DNA of 64,000 bases, from positions 576,001-640,000 of the forward strand of contig CBDHDF010000010.1 in NCBI GenBank assembly GCA_965261545.1, written 5' to 3'. The notes beneath the pieces were generated by a model. It had not been told where the DNA came from and did not search any database. It was given only the letters and a program-made list of their open reading frames with translations. The position numbers and the translations under genes are program-made. This document shows positions 49,497 through 58,225 of the stretch, piece after piece. The DNA comes from Bdellovibrionales bacterium. GTDB taxonomy: Bacteria; Bdellovibrionota; Bdellovibrionia; Bdellovibrionales; UBA1609. How positions within the stretch are numbered: position 1 is the first letter of the stretch; each line of letters begins with the position of its first letter.

Positions 49497-50699
49497 ATGG
49501 ATATCAAGACAATAGGCAAGGAACTAGCGAAGAACGTCAAGACCCAAAAGGATTTATCCGACATAACGGGTCAACTGATGAAGGTTGTTTTAGAGACAGC
49601 TCTTAATGCGGAAATGGACGATCACCTAGGTTATGAGAGGCATGAGAAGTCTGAGACCCGCAAATCCAACACTCGCAATGGTTACAGTAGAAAGACCATA
49701 AAGGGAGAGAAAGGCGAGGTGGAGCTTCAGGTCCCCCGTGACCGAAGTGCCTCCTTTGAGCCCCAAGTCATTCCCAAAGGCAAGACTCGTCTTGAGGGCT
49801 TTGAAGACAGTATTCTGACCCTCTATGCGAGGGGAATGACGACCAGGGATATTCAAGGAGCTATCAAAGACCTCTACCATGGTGCAGAGATATCCCACTC
49901 AGTGATAGCCAACGTGACGGATGCTGTTATTGATGAAGTTACGGCTTGGCAGAACCGCCCCTTGGATAGCACTTACCCTATCGTATTTTTGGACTGTATC
50001 GTGGTGAAGGTCCATCAAGACAAGAGAGTTATTAATAAGGCGATTTACCTAGCTCTTGGTATTACAGAGGAGGGTCAGAAAGACTTGTTGGGCCTATGGA
50101 TTTCTGAAAATGAGGGTTCAAAGTTTTGGTTGAGTGTTTTGACTGAGCTGCAAAATCGAGGGTTGAAAGACGTATTTATATTTTCTGTAGATGGTCTTAC
50201 AGGTTTTCCTCAAGCCATTTCAGCGGCTTTTCCCAAGTCTAAAGTGCAACTGTGCATTGTCCATATGGTCCGCAATTCCCTTCGCTATGTCCCTTCCAAG
50301 GATATGAAAGCTGTCGCCCAAGACCTCAAGTCCATTTATGGCTCTACGACTCTGACAGAAGCTGAAAAGGCCCTTGAGGAATTTTGTACCAAGTGGTCTT
50401 CAAAGTATCCGAATATTGAAAAGTCTTGGCGTAGGAATTGGGACAATCTCATCACTATTTTCGATTATCCGGATGAAATCAGAAAGATTTTTTATACCAC
50501 AAACGCCATAGAGTCGTTAAATAGCGTGATCCGCAAGGCGATCAGAAATCGTAAGATATTTCCCAGTGATCGGTCGGCTTTAAAAGTTGTATATTTAGCG
50601 ATAAAAATGGCCTCTAAGCGATGGACACGACCATTACACAACTGGAAGCCAGCCATGAACAGGTTTGCCATTGAATACGGTGACCGTTTTGACAACTAA
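49497..50699 (+). CDS. IS256 family transposase
   Basis: RNGY, VPRDR, FLDC, VDGL.G, CIVH..RN, TTNAIESLN. Confidence 0.96.
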   Translation: MDIKTIGKELAKNVKTQKDLSDITGQLMKVVLETALNAEMDDHLGYERHEKSETRKSNTRNGYSRKTIKGEKGEVELQVPRDRSASFEPQVIPKGKTRLEGFEDSILTLYARGMTTRDIQGAIKDLYHGAEISHSVIANVTDAVIDEVTAWQNRPLDSTYPIVFLDCIVVKVHQDKRVINKAIYLALGITEEGQKDLLGLWISENEGSKFWLSVLTELQNRGLKDVFIFSVDGLTGFPQAISAAFPKSKVQLCIVHMVRNSLRYVPSKDMKAVAQDLKSIYGSTTLTEAEKALEEFCTKWSSKYPNIEKSWRRNWDNLITIFDYPDEIRKIFYTTNAIESLNSVIRKAIRNRKIFPSDRSALKVVYLAIKMASKRWTRPLHNWKPAMNRFAIEYGDRFDN

Positions 50700-50723
50700 G
50701 TTTTTTAATAAGGTCCACCACCT

Positions 50724-50757
50724 GCCTTATAAGGGGGCTTAAAAGCCCCTCTAAGGC
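50724..50757. terminator. Hairpin downstream of the IS256 transposase
   Basis: GCCTTA..AGGGGGCTT AA AAGCCCCT..TAAGGC inverted repeat; no U-tract. Confidence 0.4.
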
Positions 50758-50793
50758 GTTGACAGAAGTACTGGAATACCGAGACTATGGTTA

Positions 50794-50986
50794 GGGTAAT
50801 ATAGTATGGGAACCTAAATACATGCCCTCTTGGTGCAGATTTGGGTTTCCATTTTTTTTCATGTTTCATCCCAATGCTGGTATTTCTCGAATATCCCAAG
50901 TTAAAAAAAATAAAAAAAAGGGGGTAATATAGTATGGGAACCTAAACACATGAACCCTTTGATGAGATTGGAATTTCCATTTTTTT
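50794..50986 (+). repeat. Two ~65-bp hairpin units, period 128 bp
   Basis: GGGTAATATAGTATGGGAACCTAAA at 50794 and 50922, each followed by a variable loop, TTTCCAT and a T-run. Confidence 0.8.
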
Positions 50987-51316
50987 GAGAGAGCTATTGC
51001 TGATTTTTTTCCAATCAAGATGATAATTATTTATTTGAGTTCTTTCCAGTTCTGATATGATCCCATTACGGCTCCATCTCCCCATTAAATTATAATGCAT
51101 TGTGACTGACAAAATCGCTTGAAGGAAAAAATGTCAATTATACATTGACGAATAATATGGGGCTGTGCTTTTTACTAGGAGTGGAGCCACATAAGTGGCT
51201 TTAAGATTTAAGAAAAAAATTGCAGTTACACAATTATTTTTACAGTCCCTGCCAACTCCTTATTTAAAGCCGCAGGCGTCCCCATCCCTCCCAGAATCCT
51301 TAATGCCCACAAGTGT

Positions 51317-52733
51317 CAATGCCGTTTCCTTAAGCCACCACACCCCTCTGCCTCTGCGTTAAGCTATTTCTTTTAAAAGAACTCCCAGCCCTTTTGATAG
51401 ACCTTTCATAGCTTCTTTTGAAGTGCCTCCTCTTCTCCATTGAAATCTTCATCAGCAACTTTATCTGCTTCCTAAATTTCTGATAGAGCCCCGCAACAAA
51501 AAGGGGGATGCTATCCATTATGAAATCAAGAATCAGTTTAAAGTTAGGTTTTTTGTAGTCATTTTTTACCAACTGATTCACACTGTCTTCATCCTCATTT
51601 ATGCTCATTTGAATCTTTGTATAATTGAAGAGCCAAAAATAAGAATACAGCTCTTGCAATATTCCATTAAGGCTTGTTGAGTGCCACTGCTCCATTTTCA
51701 TTGTCGATGTAAAATCACGAAATGTCGTTTCTATTTCCCAACGACGAGAGTAAAGAGCAACCATATCCTTCTTGTCCAAGGAGCCATGCGGAAGATTAGT
51801 GGCCAAAACAGAGAACTCCCCAGTCTTTGGGTTTTTATACTTATAGAGATGAATGACCACCCCCTCAATAACCATTTGTGAATACCAACCTGGGCCATTA
51901 AATAAATTTACGATGGGGATAAAAGTAGAGCCTCGCTTACAACGCGCAATAAAGAAGTTACTGGCTTGAGCATGGGCCTTAATAATCTCTGTAGATAAAT
52001 AAAGCCTATCGTAGAGAGTTATGCTATTACTCTCAAAACTACCTATCATTTGAATAGCATTGGCGATTTCGTTGAGAGCGGGAGAATAGCAAAGATTCTT
52101 TGTCACACCCGATAAAACGTCATAAGCATGAGATAGATACATACGTAAGAAATGAGTTTCCATCTCATTTGGGCAAGGGTACCCACAATAACCCTCCTTT
52201 AAAAGATCTTTAGAGCGAGGAAGTGCTAATTGGTCGCCATCTATGGCATAGATATAAAAGCCATGAAACGTTTTTCTCAATGGTTCGTAGTCTGTAATCA
52301 GAGATTCAAAGATATTTTTAAAAAATAGGTAAGAAATACTTTGACGTATCTTGCTGAGACTGCTTTTGACTGGCATGAGAAGCAGGTCACCAAAATGAGT
52401 CCATACCGTCTTAAGAGCGATTTGGTAGCCTTCGTAATTTGTTCCGGAAATAAGATAGATAATAGTAAAAAAGAAAATTTGAGGATTAAATTTTCGATTC
52501 CTTTTTTGTTTTTCTGGATCGACAAGGTGCTCTGGCTTGAAGGAAGAATCAAGTTTTGGTAGAATAAAATGGTCATCTGTGACGCGAACTCGTCATTTGG
52601 GGGCTTTCGAGATCAATATTGGATTGCATGTGACTTACTCCTTGGTTGAGGGTTGGGTGTAAAATAAAACAAGTCTTATTCTTGTCGATTTATCTAATAA
52701 TTTCAAGAGATTTTTCTTAAGGAAACGGCATTG
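51317..52733 (-). mobile_element. IS4-family element
   Basis: 18-bp perfect TIR CAATGCCGTTTCCTTAAG; 11-bp TSD CCCACAAGTGT (51306-51316, 52734-52744). Confidence 0.93.
51330..52629 (-). pseudogene. IS4 family transposase with 5' frameshift
   Basis: AIDGD, LYDRLY, YSRRWEIE. The main frame is open to ~52590 with no standard start codon before 52376; the RBS-preceded ATG at 52629 is one base out of frame. Confidence 0.7.
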
Positions 52734-52820
52734 CCCACAAGTGTGGATAAACAAAATACAACTGTATGCGTTAATCCTTTAATATCATTCGTTTGACGCA
52801 GATGCTGCTGTCAAACTCGG

Positions 52821-53010
52821 GAGGGACCATCATTAATGAACTTGCTATCAATGAGCTTGCTACACAAGATTTAAATTTTAGGTATATATTCATATTTGTA
52901 ATCCTCCGTTTTATTTTCTATTCATTTCATTTCCATTCAAAAGCATATGTTGTAATTTTTGATAAAACAAGTCTAGAATTTCTATCAGTGGATTCAACAT
53001 TCGATTTGTC
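52821..53010. repeat. 190-bp target duplication of IS1634, right copy
   Basis: Identical to 47458-47647. Confidence 0.92.
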
Positions 53011-54112
53011 TGTCATTATTCCCTGCCTAAATGAGGCTCACCACCTACCTAAGTTATGGGATCAACTCCAGGGACAGGAGCATATAAATCTAGAAATTAT
53101 TTTGGCTGACGGAGGATCTAAAGACGACAGTCTTGCCTTGGCCAATAAGAGGGGAATTGCTTTTTGTGTGACTTCGCCGGGGCGAGGTTGTCAGATGAAC
53201 CAAGGGGCCTTATTGGCGAAAGCTCCCTATTTTTTATTTCTTCACGGTGATTCGGAAATAAGGGACCCCTTGCTACTTTCTAGGGCTTTTGAGGACTTTC
53301 AAAAGCGAGACCGTCCTTGCTTGGCAGGTCATTTTGGCTTGAAGTTTATACGCAAGAAAGTGGCCTGTAAAATGGTTTGTAAAGTGGTCTATGACAAGGC
53401 TTATCGCTATATGGAGGAAAAAACCTTTATGAATCGCCCAGGAACAACTCATGGGGATCAAGGGCTGCTGTTGCATCGAGATTTTTTTTTTGAACTTGAG
53501 GGCTTTGATGAAAGCTTAGGTTTTTTGGAGGACCAAGCCATAGCTGAAAAAATTCATCAACAGGGGGAGTGGGTAACTCTTCCAGGAATTCTTTACACGT
53601 CGGCTCGTCGCTTTGAGAGTGAGGGATTTTTTCGTCGCTATACACTCATGGCTCTCATGATGGGGCTTTATCATGGGGAGATGAAGAAATTCTTTGAAGT
53701 GGCCCCTAAAGTCTATCGTCATCAGAGTCAAACCACATATTTGCATATTTACCCTTTTTATTGTGTCATTGGTAAGTTGTGCAAGGAGCTCGGGTGGTGG
53801 AGAACTCTTTGTTTATGGTATCGAGTGGGGAGATATGTTCGAGGTCAATTCTGGCAAGTCTTTTATCTTTTGGATCAATGTTTGAGACCTCTTTACAGAA
53901 AAAAGCATGATCCCAAACAGCCTTATTCTAAAAAGCATTATCCATTGGTGGGGTTTTGTGACAAAATTTTGGCTCCTTTGATGAATCACCGTATGGGAGA
54001 CATCATTTTTACATTGTTGAGTTATTTTTTCTTTGGAGTTATCTTGAAGACTTATTTTTACTTTCAAGACAAAGGAAGTCAGAATGAGAATCGAGAATCT
54101 GTAAGGAAGTAA
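52988..54112 (+). CDS. Glycosyltransferase family 2 (TIGR04283-like)
   Basis: LSVIIPCLNE, ADGGSKD, GRGCQMNQGA, FLHGD, GDQGL, LED, TSARRF; start placed at GTG 52988. Confidence 0.88.
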   Translation: MDSTFDLSVIIPCLNEAHHLPKLWDQLQGQEHINLEIILADGGSKDDSLALANKRGIAFCVTSPGRGCQMNQGALLAKAPYFLFLHGDSEIRDPLLLSRAFEDFQKRDRPCLAGHFGLKFIRKKVACKMVCKVVYDKAYRYMEEKTFMNRPGTTHGDQGLLLHRDFFFELEGFDESLGFLEDQAIAEKIHQQGEWVTLPGILYTSARRFESEGFFRRYTLMALMMGLYHGEMKKFFEVAPKVYRHQSQTTYLHIYPFYCVIGKLCKELGWWRTLCLWYRVGRYVRGQFWQVFYLLDQCLRPLYRKKHDPKQPYSKKHYPLVGFCDKILAPLMNHRMGDIIFTLLSYFFFGVILKTYFYFQDKGSQNENRESVRK

Positions 54113-54126
54113 TGATTTGAAGCAAA

Positions 54127-54154
54127 GGAGGACTCTTCTTGTGAAGAGTCCTCC
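54127..54154. terminator. 12-bp perfect hairpin after the GT2 gene
   Basis: GGAGGACTCTTC TTGT GAAGAGTCCTCC. Confidence 0.55.
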
Positions 54155-54169
54155 CTATGAATGTTTTTT

Positions 54170-54488
54170 TCCTACCGTAACGAAGGGAGATCTGACTACA
54201 ACGGATAGCTTGCCCAGGGTAAGCAGCCAAAAGAGAAGCACTTTTCACTAAGCGTGCTGTGAGCCTCTTGTCTCCTGTTAGACGACAATTAAAATTGGAG
54301 CTAATAAGAGTGCTTTTTCTCGCTGAGTAGTGGTTCAAGGACCGCGGTTTGTGGATCCGATCTGAGGATAAACTCCAACACTGGAAACCAGTGATGGAGG
54401 TATGGGTTCGATAGCATGAGGAGCTGTGTACGGACCCGTATACAGTTCTGTGAGAGGACGGGGCCTCCCCCTCACTCGATCCGAACCC
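54170..54488 (+). ncRNA. ORF-less structured RNA ending in a group II intron DV/DVI-like module
   Basis: GAGCTGTGTACGGACCCGTATACAGTTC-TGTGAGAGGACGG...ACTCGAT (54421-54480) resembles a group II 3' end; several further stems lie upstream; 5' boundary uncertain. Confidence 0.6.
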
Positions 54489-54648
54489 TTAAAAGCTTGA
54501 AAGGAAGTTTCCGAGCCTACAAATGGTGCAAGAGCTTTGCCCGTGCAAGGCCACAACTATTTGTGCATTGGCGAGTAGCCCCTCCGTTGCTGCTGTCAAC
54601 TCGGGAGGAGATTTACTCCTCAAAACGTTTACATTATGTTTAGACACA

Positions 54649-55083
54649 TTATGGTTCAGATATAATTATCGTAGTCGCTGCGGTATCATTATTTTCAACA
54701 TGTTCATGCTTAACATTGAAGGCCATGTTTGTAGCTCCAAGACTGTCTTCCCAACAACGGAAGGTGAAAGAATTCCCCTCCTTGTTCATTTGGATATTAT
54801 CAATCCCCTCGTTGCACGAAGGGGTAAGAGAGGAATCCTCAAGAGTCAACTTGATCTCCTCTAGAGAGATTCTTTCATGGGCTCCTCCCCCACTGGAATT
54901 AAATACCAAAGACGCTCCTAAAAGGGCGTAAAAAAAGAAGGCACTTAGCCTCTTCATGGACTTTATGGCTTTCGTTACTTTTATCATCATGGCTCCTACT
55001 TTAGATAATACGCAGCACATCTGCTCTATGAAAGTCCCCATATGAAGACTTTCGATTATTCTGACTTTAAACTCCAAGAACAT
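54649..55083 (-). CDS. Small hypothetical exported protein
   Basis: Signal-like MKRLSAFFFYALLGASL internally; true start likely downstream of the ORF start. Confidence 0.5.
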   Translation of the reverse strand: MFLEFKVRIIESLHMGTFIEQMCCVLSKVGAMMIKVTKAIKSMKRLSAFFFYALLGASLVFNSSGGGAHERISLEEIKLTLEDSSLTPSCNEGIDNIQMNKEGNSFTFRCWEDSLGATNMAFNVKHEHVENNDTAATTIIISEP

Positions 55084-55398
55084 AGCCCAACGTCATAGTT
55101 AAAAGTAGTCATATTACTCTGCGCCATTCCATTGAGACCATAAAAATTGGTATCTGCCCAGGGGGCATGACTTACAGAGAGAAATTTACACCTCATTGAG
55201 AGTCGATGTCTTTGCTGAATTGCATACGATTAACCAATTCAACTTTGATTCTGAAAAAAGATTCTCACTTACTTTTAGTGGGACAAGAATAACCTTCTTG
55301 ATAAATTGAAGTATAGAACTTCTCTTCCCCTGGATCACACCTGTGAATTCCTTAACTCAACGAGTTAGGGGAATGATGTTTAGGTGACACGAGGGAGC

Positions 55399-55896
55399 TT
55401 ATGTCTTTGGTAGAGACGCTCGGTATTCGCGGAAGTCCTCATTAATTTGCAAACGAGATGTTTCATCGAGCTTTTGCAAGAGGTTAATAACTTGATCGGC
55501 CTGGTCTCCTTCGAGGATTCGACTGAAATACCTTAGAAGTTCTCGTCTTCTCTGGTGTTTTTGTTCGTCAGGGACAGGTTCAGAGATAATAAGTATCTTT
55601 CTTGAATAAACTTCTTTTTCCAAAAGGCAGTCATTCACGCCTTCTCGAAACTCAACATCCAACTGCAAGGGGATGAGCATCCAAGCGGAGCAGAGCTTAT
55701 GGTGTTCATGGCCTTTAGAGCATTGATCCGCCAAGGCCGAATGGTTCTTTAAGAAGTGGAGAAAAGCTCCAATGTCCTCAGAGAGTTCTTTCAGAGAAAT
55801 TTTAGCATTTTGGTGTTCGATATCAATTTTTAAGCTTTGATGATCTTCTCTTGATTTTGTCATGGTACCTGTCCTTTTGTCTACCCATGTGTCCAT
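55399..55896 (-). CDS. Hypothetical protein A (paralog of 56952-57179)
   Basis: Shares the QL.VEFREGVND.LLEKEV.S.KI.I.SEPV...R.ELLRYFS block with the 75-aa ORF. Confidence 0.7.
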   Translation of the reverse strand: MDTWVDKRTGTMTKSREDHQSLKIDIEHQNAKISLKELSEDIGAFLHFLKNHSALADQCSKGHEHHKLCSAWMLIPLQLDVEFREGVNDCLLEKEVYSRKILIISEPVPDEQKHQRRRELLRYFSRILEGDQADQVINLLQKLDETSRLQINEDFREYRASLPKT

Positions 55897-56059
55897 GTGT
55901 TATGTAACCCATGGTACCTAATTCTTAGTGTTGTGTAATTATGTGTTTCACATATTATTTCTATGAATACAAGTTTCTTGAGAGGATTATTTAAGTTATT
56001 TTTAAAAAATCTTCAAAAAACTATTGAAGTTTGCAGCAATCTTAGTTTAGCTGATAAAA

Positions 56060-56425
56060 GTGGCCAATGATAACAAGACCTACCTTCTCAATGAAATGCT
56101 TGGGGCCTACCTAAGAAAAATTTTTTCCGACGCTAAATCAGCCATGGATTGGGCAGAAGAAAAAGATATCAACAGGGCCACGATGCGTGATGTCTTCTAC
56201 AAGAATGGCAATTGTGGACGCAAGGTCTTTGATCAGATTGTGACCCAACTTTTTGATATTAACCCTGAAAAAGTGGCTGCTCTCGTCGATTATGTCAAAA
56301 ATTGTGAGCCCATGGCTGAGTCTCAAAAAATATGGAATTCCATTGAAACCCCTGAACTCACGAAGCAGCGTCTTGCTTTGGTGGCAAAAATGATGGTGGA
56401 AATGGAGAGCAAAGAAGATAAGTAA
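56060..56425 (+). CDS. Putative HTH DNA-binding protein B
   Basis: SAMDWAEEKDINRATMRDVF resembles an XRE-type helix-turn-helix; close paralog of 56493-56879. Confidence 0.6.
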   Translation: MANDNKTYLLNEMLGAYLRKIFSDAKSAMDWAEEKDINRATMRDVFYKNGNCGRKVFDQIVTQLFDINPEKVAALVDYVKNCEPMAESQKIWNSIETPELTKQRLALVAKMMVEMESKEDK

Positions 56426-56492
56426 CACAATGTATGTTGAATTTTACTTATTAATTTTTTTTATGTGAATTGCGCAGTGCTTATGTAGGCCG

Positions 56493-56879
56493 TCATAGTT
56501 CATCCTTGTTTTGGAGGGAGGCTTCAATTTCTAGGGTGGCTTTTGCGACAAGGGCCAAGCGGCGTTTTGCGAGTTCAGGGGTTTCAATGGAATTCCATAT
56601 TTTTTGAGATGGGGGGATGGGTTGGAGATTTTTGACAAACTCAATGAGTAGAATAGCTTTTTCTGGAGTGATATCGAAGAGTTGGGTCACAATCTGATCA
56701 AAGACCTTGCGTCCACAATTGCCATTCTTGTAGAAGACATCACGCATCGTGGCCCTGTTGATACCTTTTTCTTCTGCCCAATCCATGGCTGATTTAACGT
56801 CGGAAAAGACTTTTCTTAGGTAGGCTCCAAGCATTTCATTAAGAAAGTAAGTCTTGTCATCATTGATCATGTTCGTCAT
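56493..56879 (-). CDS. Putative HTH DNA-binding protein B'
   Basis: Near-identical N-terminal 70 aa to B; divergent middle and C-terminus. Confidence 0.6.
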   Translation of the reverse strand: MTNMINDDKTYFLNEMLGAYLRKVFSDVKSAMDWAEEKGINRATMRDVFYKNGNCGRKVFDQIVTQLFDITPEKAILLIEFVKNLQPIPPSQKIWNSIETPELAKRRLALVAKATLEIEASLQNKDEL

Positions 56880-56951
56880 CCTATATCATAGCGTTGAGGT
56901 GGTTCATTTGCCAAGTGAGTGAATTTGATGATATGAGGTGTTATATGTTAC

Positions 56952-57179
56952 TTGATGTACTTGATACCAATTTACTTGATGTACTTGATACCAATATGGA
57001 GGCTGACCCCCATGCAGCTATCTGTGGAATTTCGGGAAGGTGTTAATGACTTTCTCCTCGAAAAAGAAGTGGGCTCTCAGAAAATAATTATTGTTTCTGA
57101 GCCTGTTGGAGAAGATCGGAAACTCCAGAGAAGATCGGAGTTACTTAGGTATTTTAGCCAAATTCTCCATAGGTTTTAA
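56952..57179 (+). CDS. Hypothetical protein A' (truncated paralog of A, possibly a pseudogene)
   Basis: Matches the central/C-terminal part of A; begins in a 24-bp tandem duplication (56948-56995). Confidence 0.5.
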   Translation: MMYLIPIYLMYLIPIWRLTPMQLSVEFREGVNDFLLEKEVGSQKIIIVSEPVGEDRKLQRRSELLRYFSQILHRF

Positions 57180-57193
57180 AAAGGGAAAAGACC

Positions 57194-58204
57194 ATGGATT
57201 ACAAGCAGGCGGGTGTGGATGTGGAGGTGGGTGAGTCTTTGGTGGATTGGCTTCAAAATAAAGGACCAAAGCGTTGGCCTCACCAGGAGCGTTTGGTTTC
57301 TGGGGTAGGTGGATTTTCAGCTCTCTTTCGTGGAGGTTTTCCAGAGATGGAGTCTCCTTGCCTTGTGAGTGCCGCAGATGGGGTGGGGACGAAGGTTCTT
57401 TTAGCTTCTTATTTTGGTGAGTTTCAAGGTGTGGGCCAGGACCTTGTCGCCATGTGTGTGAATGATCTCGTTTGCTGTGGGGCTCGCCCTCTTTTTTTTC
57501 TCGATTATTATGCCACTGGGAAGCTCAATGCAGAGAGAGCTCAGCTGTTTCTGAAAGGTGTTCAAGAGGCTTGTCTGGCTTCGGATTGCGCCCTCGTGGG
57601 AGGAGAGACCGCTGAGATGCCTGGTGTTTACAAGGGAGACGATTTTGACTGTGCGGGTTTTGCAGTGGGTGTGGTGGATGAGAAAGAAGTCTTAGGAGCC
57701 CACTTGGTTCAAGGGGGAGACCGGCTTATGGCCTTTGGGAGTTCAGGTTTTCACAGCAATGGTTTTTCTCTCCTTCGCCAGGTTTTTGAGAAAGATTTAG
57801 CTCAGTGGCAAAAATGTCTTATGACTCCCACAAAGCTTTATGTCAAACCCCTTCAGCAGCTCTTAGAATTAGAGGGGGGGGGGCTTCATGCCTTGGCCCA
57901 TATGACTGGAGGAGGTATGGATAATTTGTGTCGAGTCATGCCTTTGGGGATGAGGGCCGGTCTTCGCGAATGGGATATCCCGCCCCCTTTTTTAGAGGTT
58001 CAGAAACGAGCCTCACTGGATCGCATCTCTCTTTTAAAGACTTTTAACTGTGGAGTGGGGATGGTGGCTTTTGTGGCCCGTGAGAATTGGGGAGGAATCT
58101 TTGAAAAAGCTGTTCAACTGGGGCTGGCTCCTTTCGACTTAGGGTGGGTGGAGCCCTTTGAATCCACACCCTCTCGACCCCATTGGTTTTTGGAGAAAAA
58201 TTGA
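57194..58204 (+). CDS. purM: Phosphoribosylformylglycinamidine cyclo-ligase
   Basis: YKQAGVD, DGVGTK, GGETAEMP, SSGFHSNG, HMTGGG, TFNCGVG. Confidence 0.96.
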   Translation: MDYKQAGVDVEVGESLVDWLQNKGPKRWPHQERLVSGVGGFSALFRGGFPEMESPCLVSAADGVGTKVLLASYFGEFQGVGQDLVAMCVNDLVCCGARPLFFLDYYATGKLNAERAQLFLKGVQEACLASDCALVGGETAEMPGVYKGDDFDCAGFAVGVVDEKEVLGAHLVQGGDRLMAFGSSGFHSNGFSLLRQVFEKDLAQWQKCLMTPTKLYVKPLQQLLELEGGGLHALAHMTGGGMDNLCRVMPLGMRAGLREWDIPPPFLEVQKRASLDRISLLKTFNCGVGMVAFVARENWGGIFEKAVQLGLAPFDLGWVEPFESTPSRPHWFLEKN

Positions 58205-58225
58205 AGAATTGGAGAAAAATGAATT

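Larger units (their letters stand above)
49424..51249 (+). mobile_element. IS256-family element with long 3' non-coding tail
   Basis: TIR GAGCCTGTAAACTATTTTGTGTAACTGC / GCAGTTACACAATTATTTTTACAGTCCC; 8-bp TSD TGCCAACT (49416-49423, 51250-51257). Confidence 0.92.
47648..52820 (+). mobile_element. IS1634-family element carrying nested IS256 and IS4 insertions
   Basis: 25-bp TIR CCGAGTTTGACAGCAGCATCTGCGT / ACGCAGATGCTGCTGTCAAACTCGG; flanked by 190-bp direct repeats; ~1.9 kb after removing the inserts. Confidence 0.92.

Noticed and set aside
50794..50986. CRISPR array
   Set aside because: Only two units, with a 128-bp period and no cas genes; the repeats lie inside an IS256.
52793..52987. N-terminal 65 aa of the 439-aa ORF
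   Set aside because: Artefact of reading through the IS1634 TIR and the duplicated intergenic region; the GT2 domain starts at ~52988.
54170..54488. RNase P RNA, tmRNA or an intact mobile group II intron
   Set aside because: No GAGGAAAGUCC motif or tRNA-like ends; no GUGYG 5' end or RT ORF visible.
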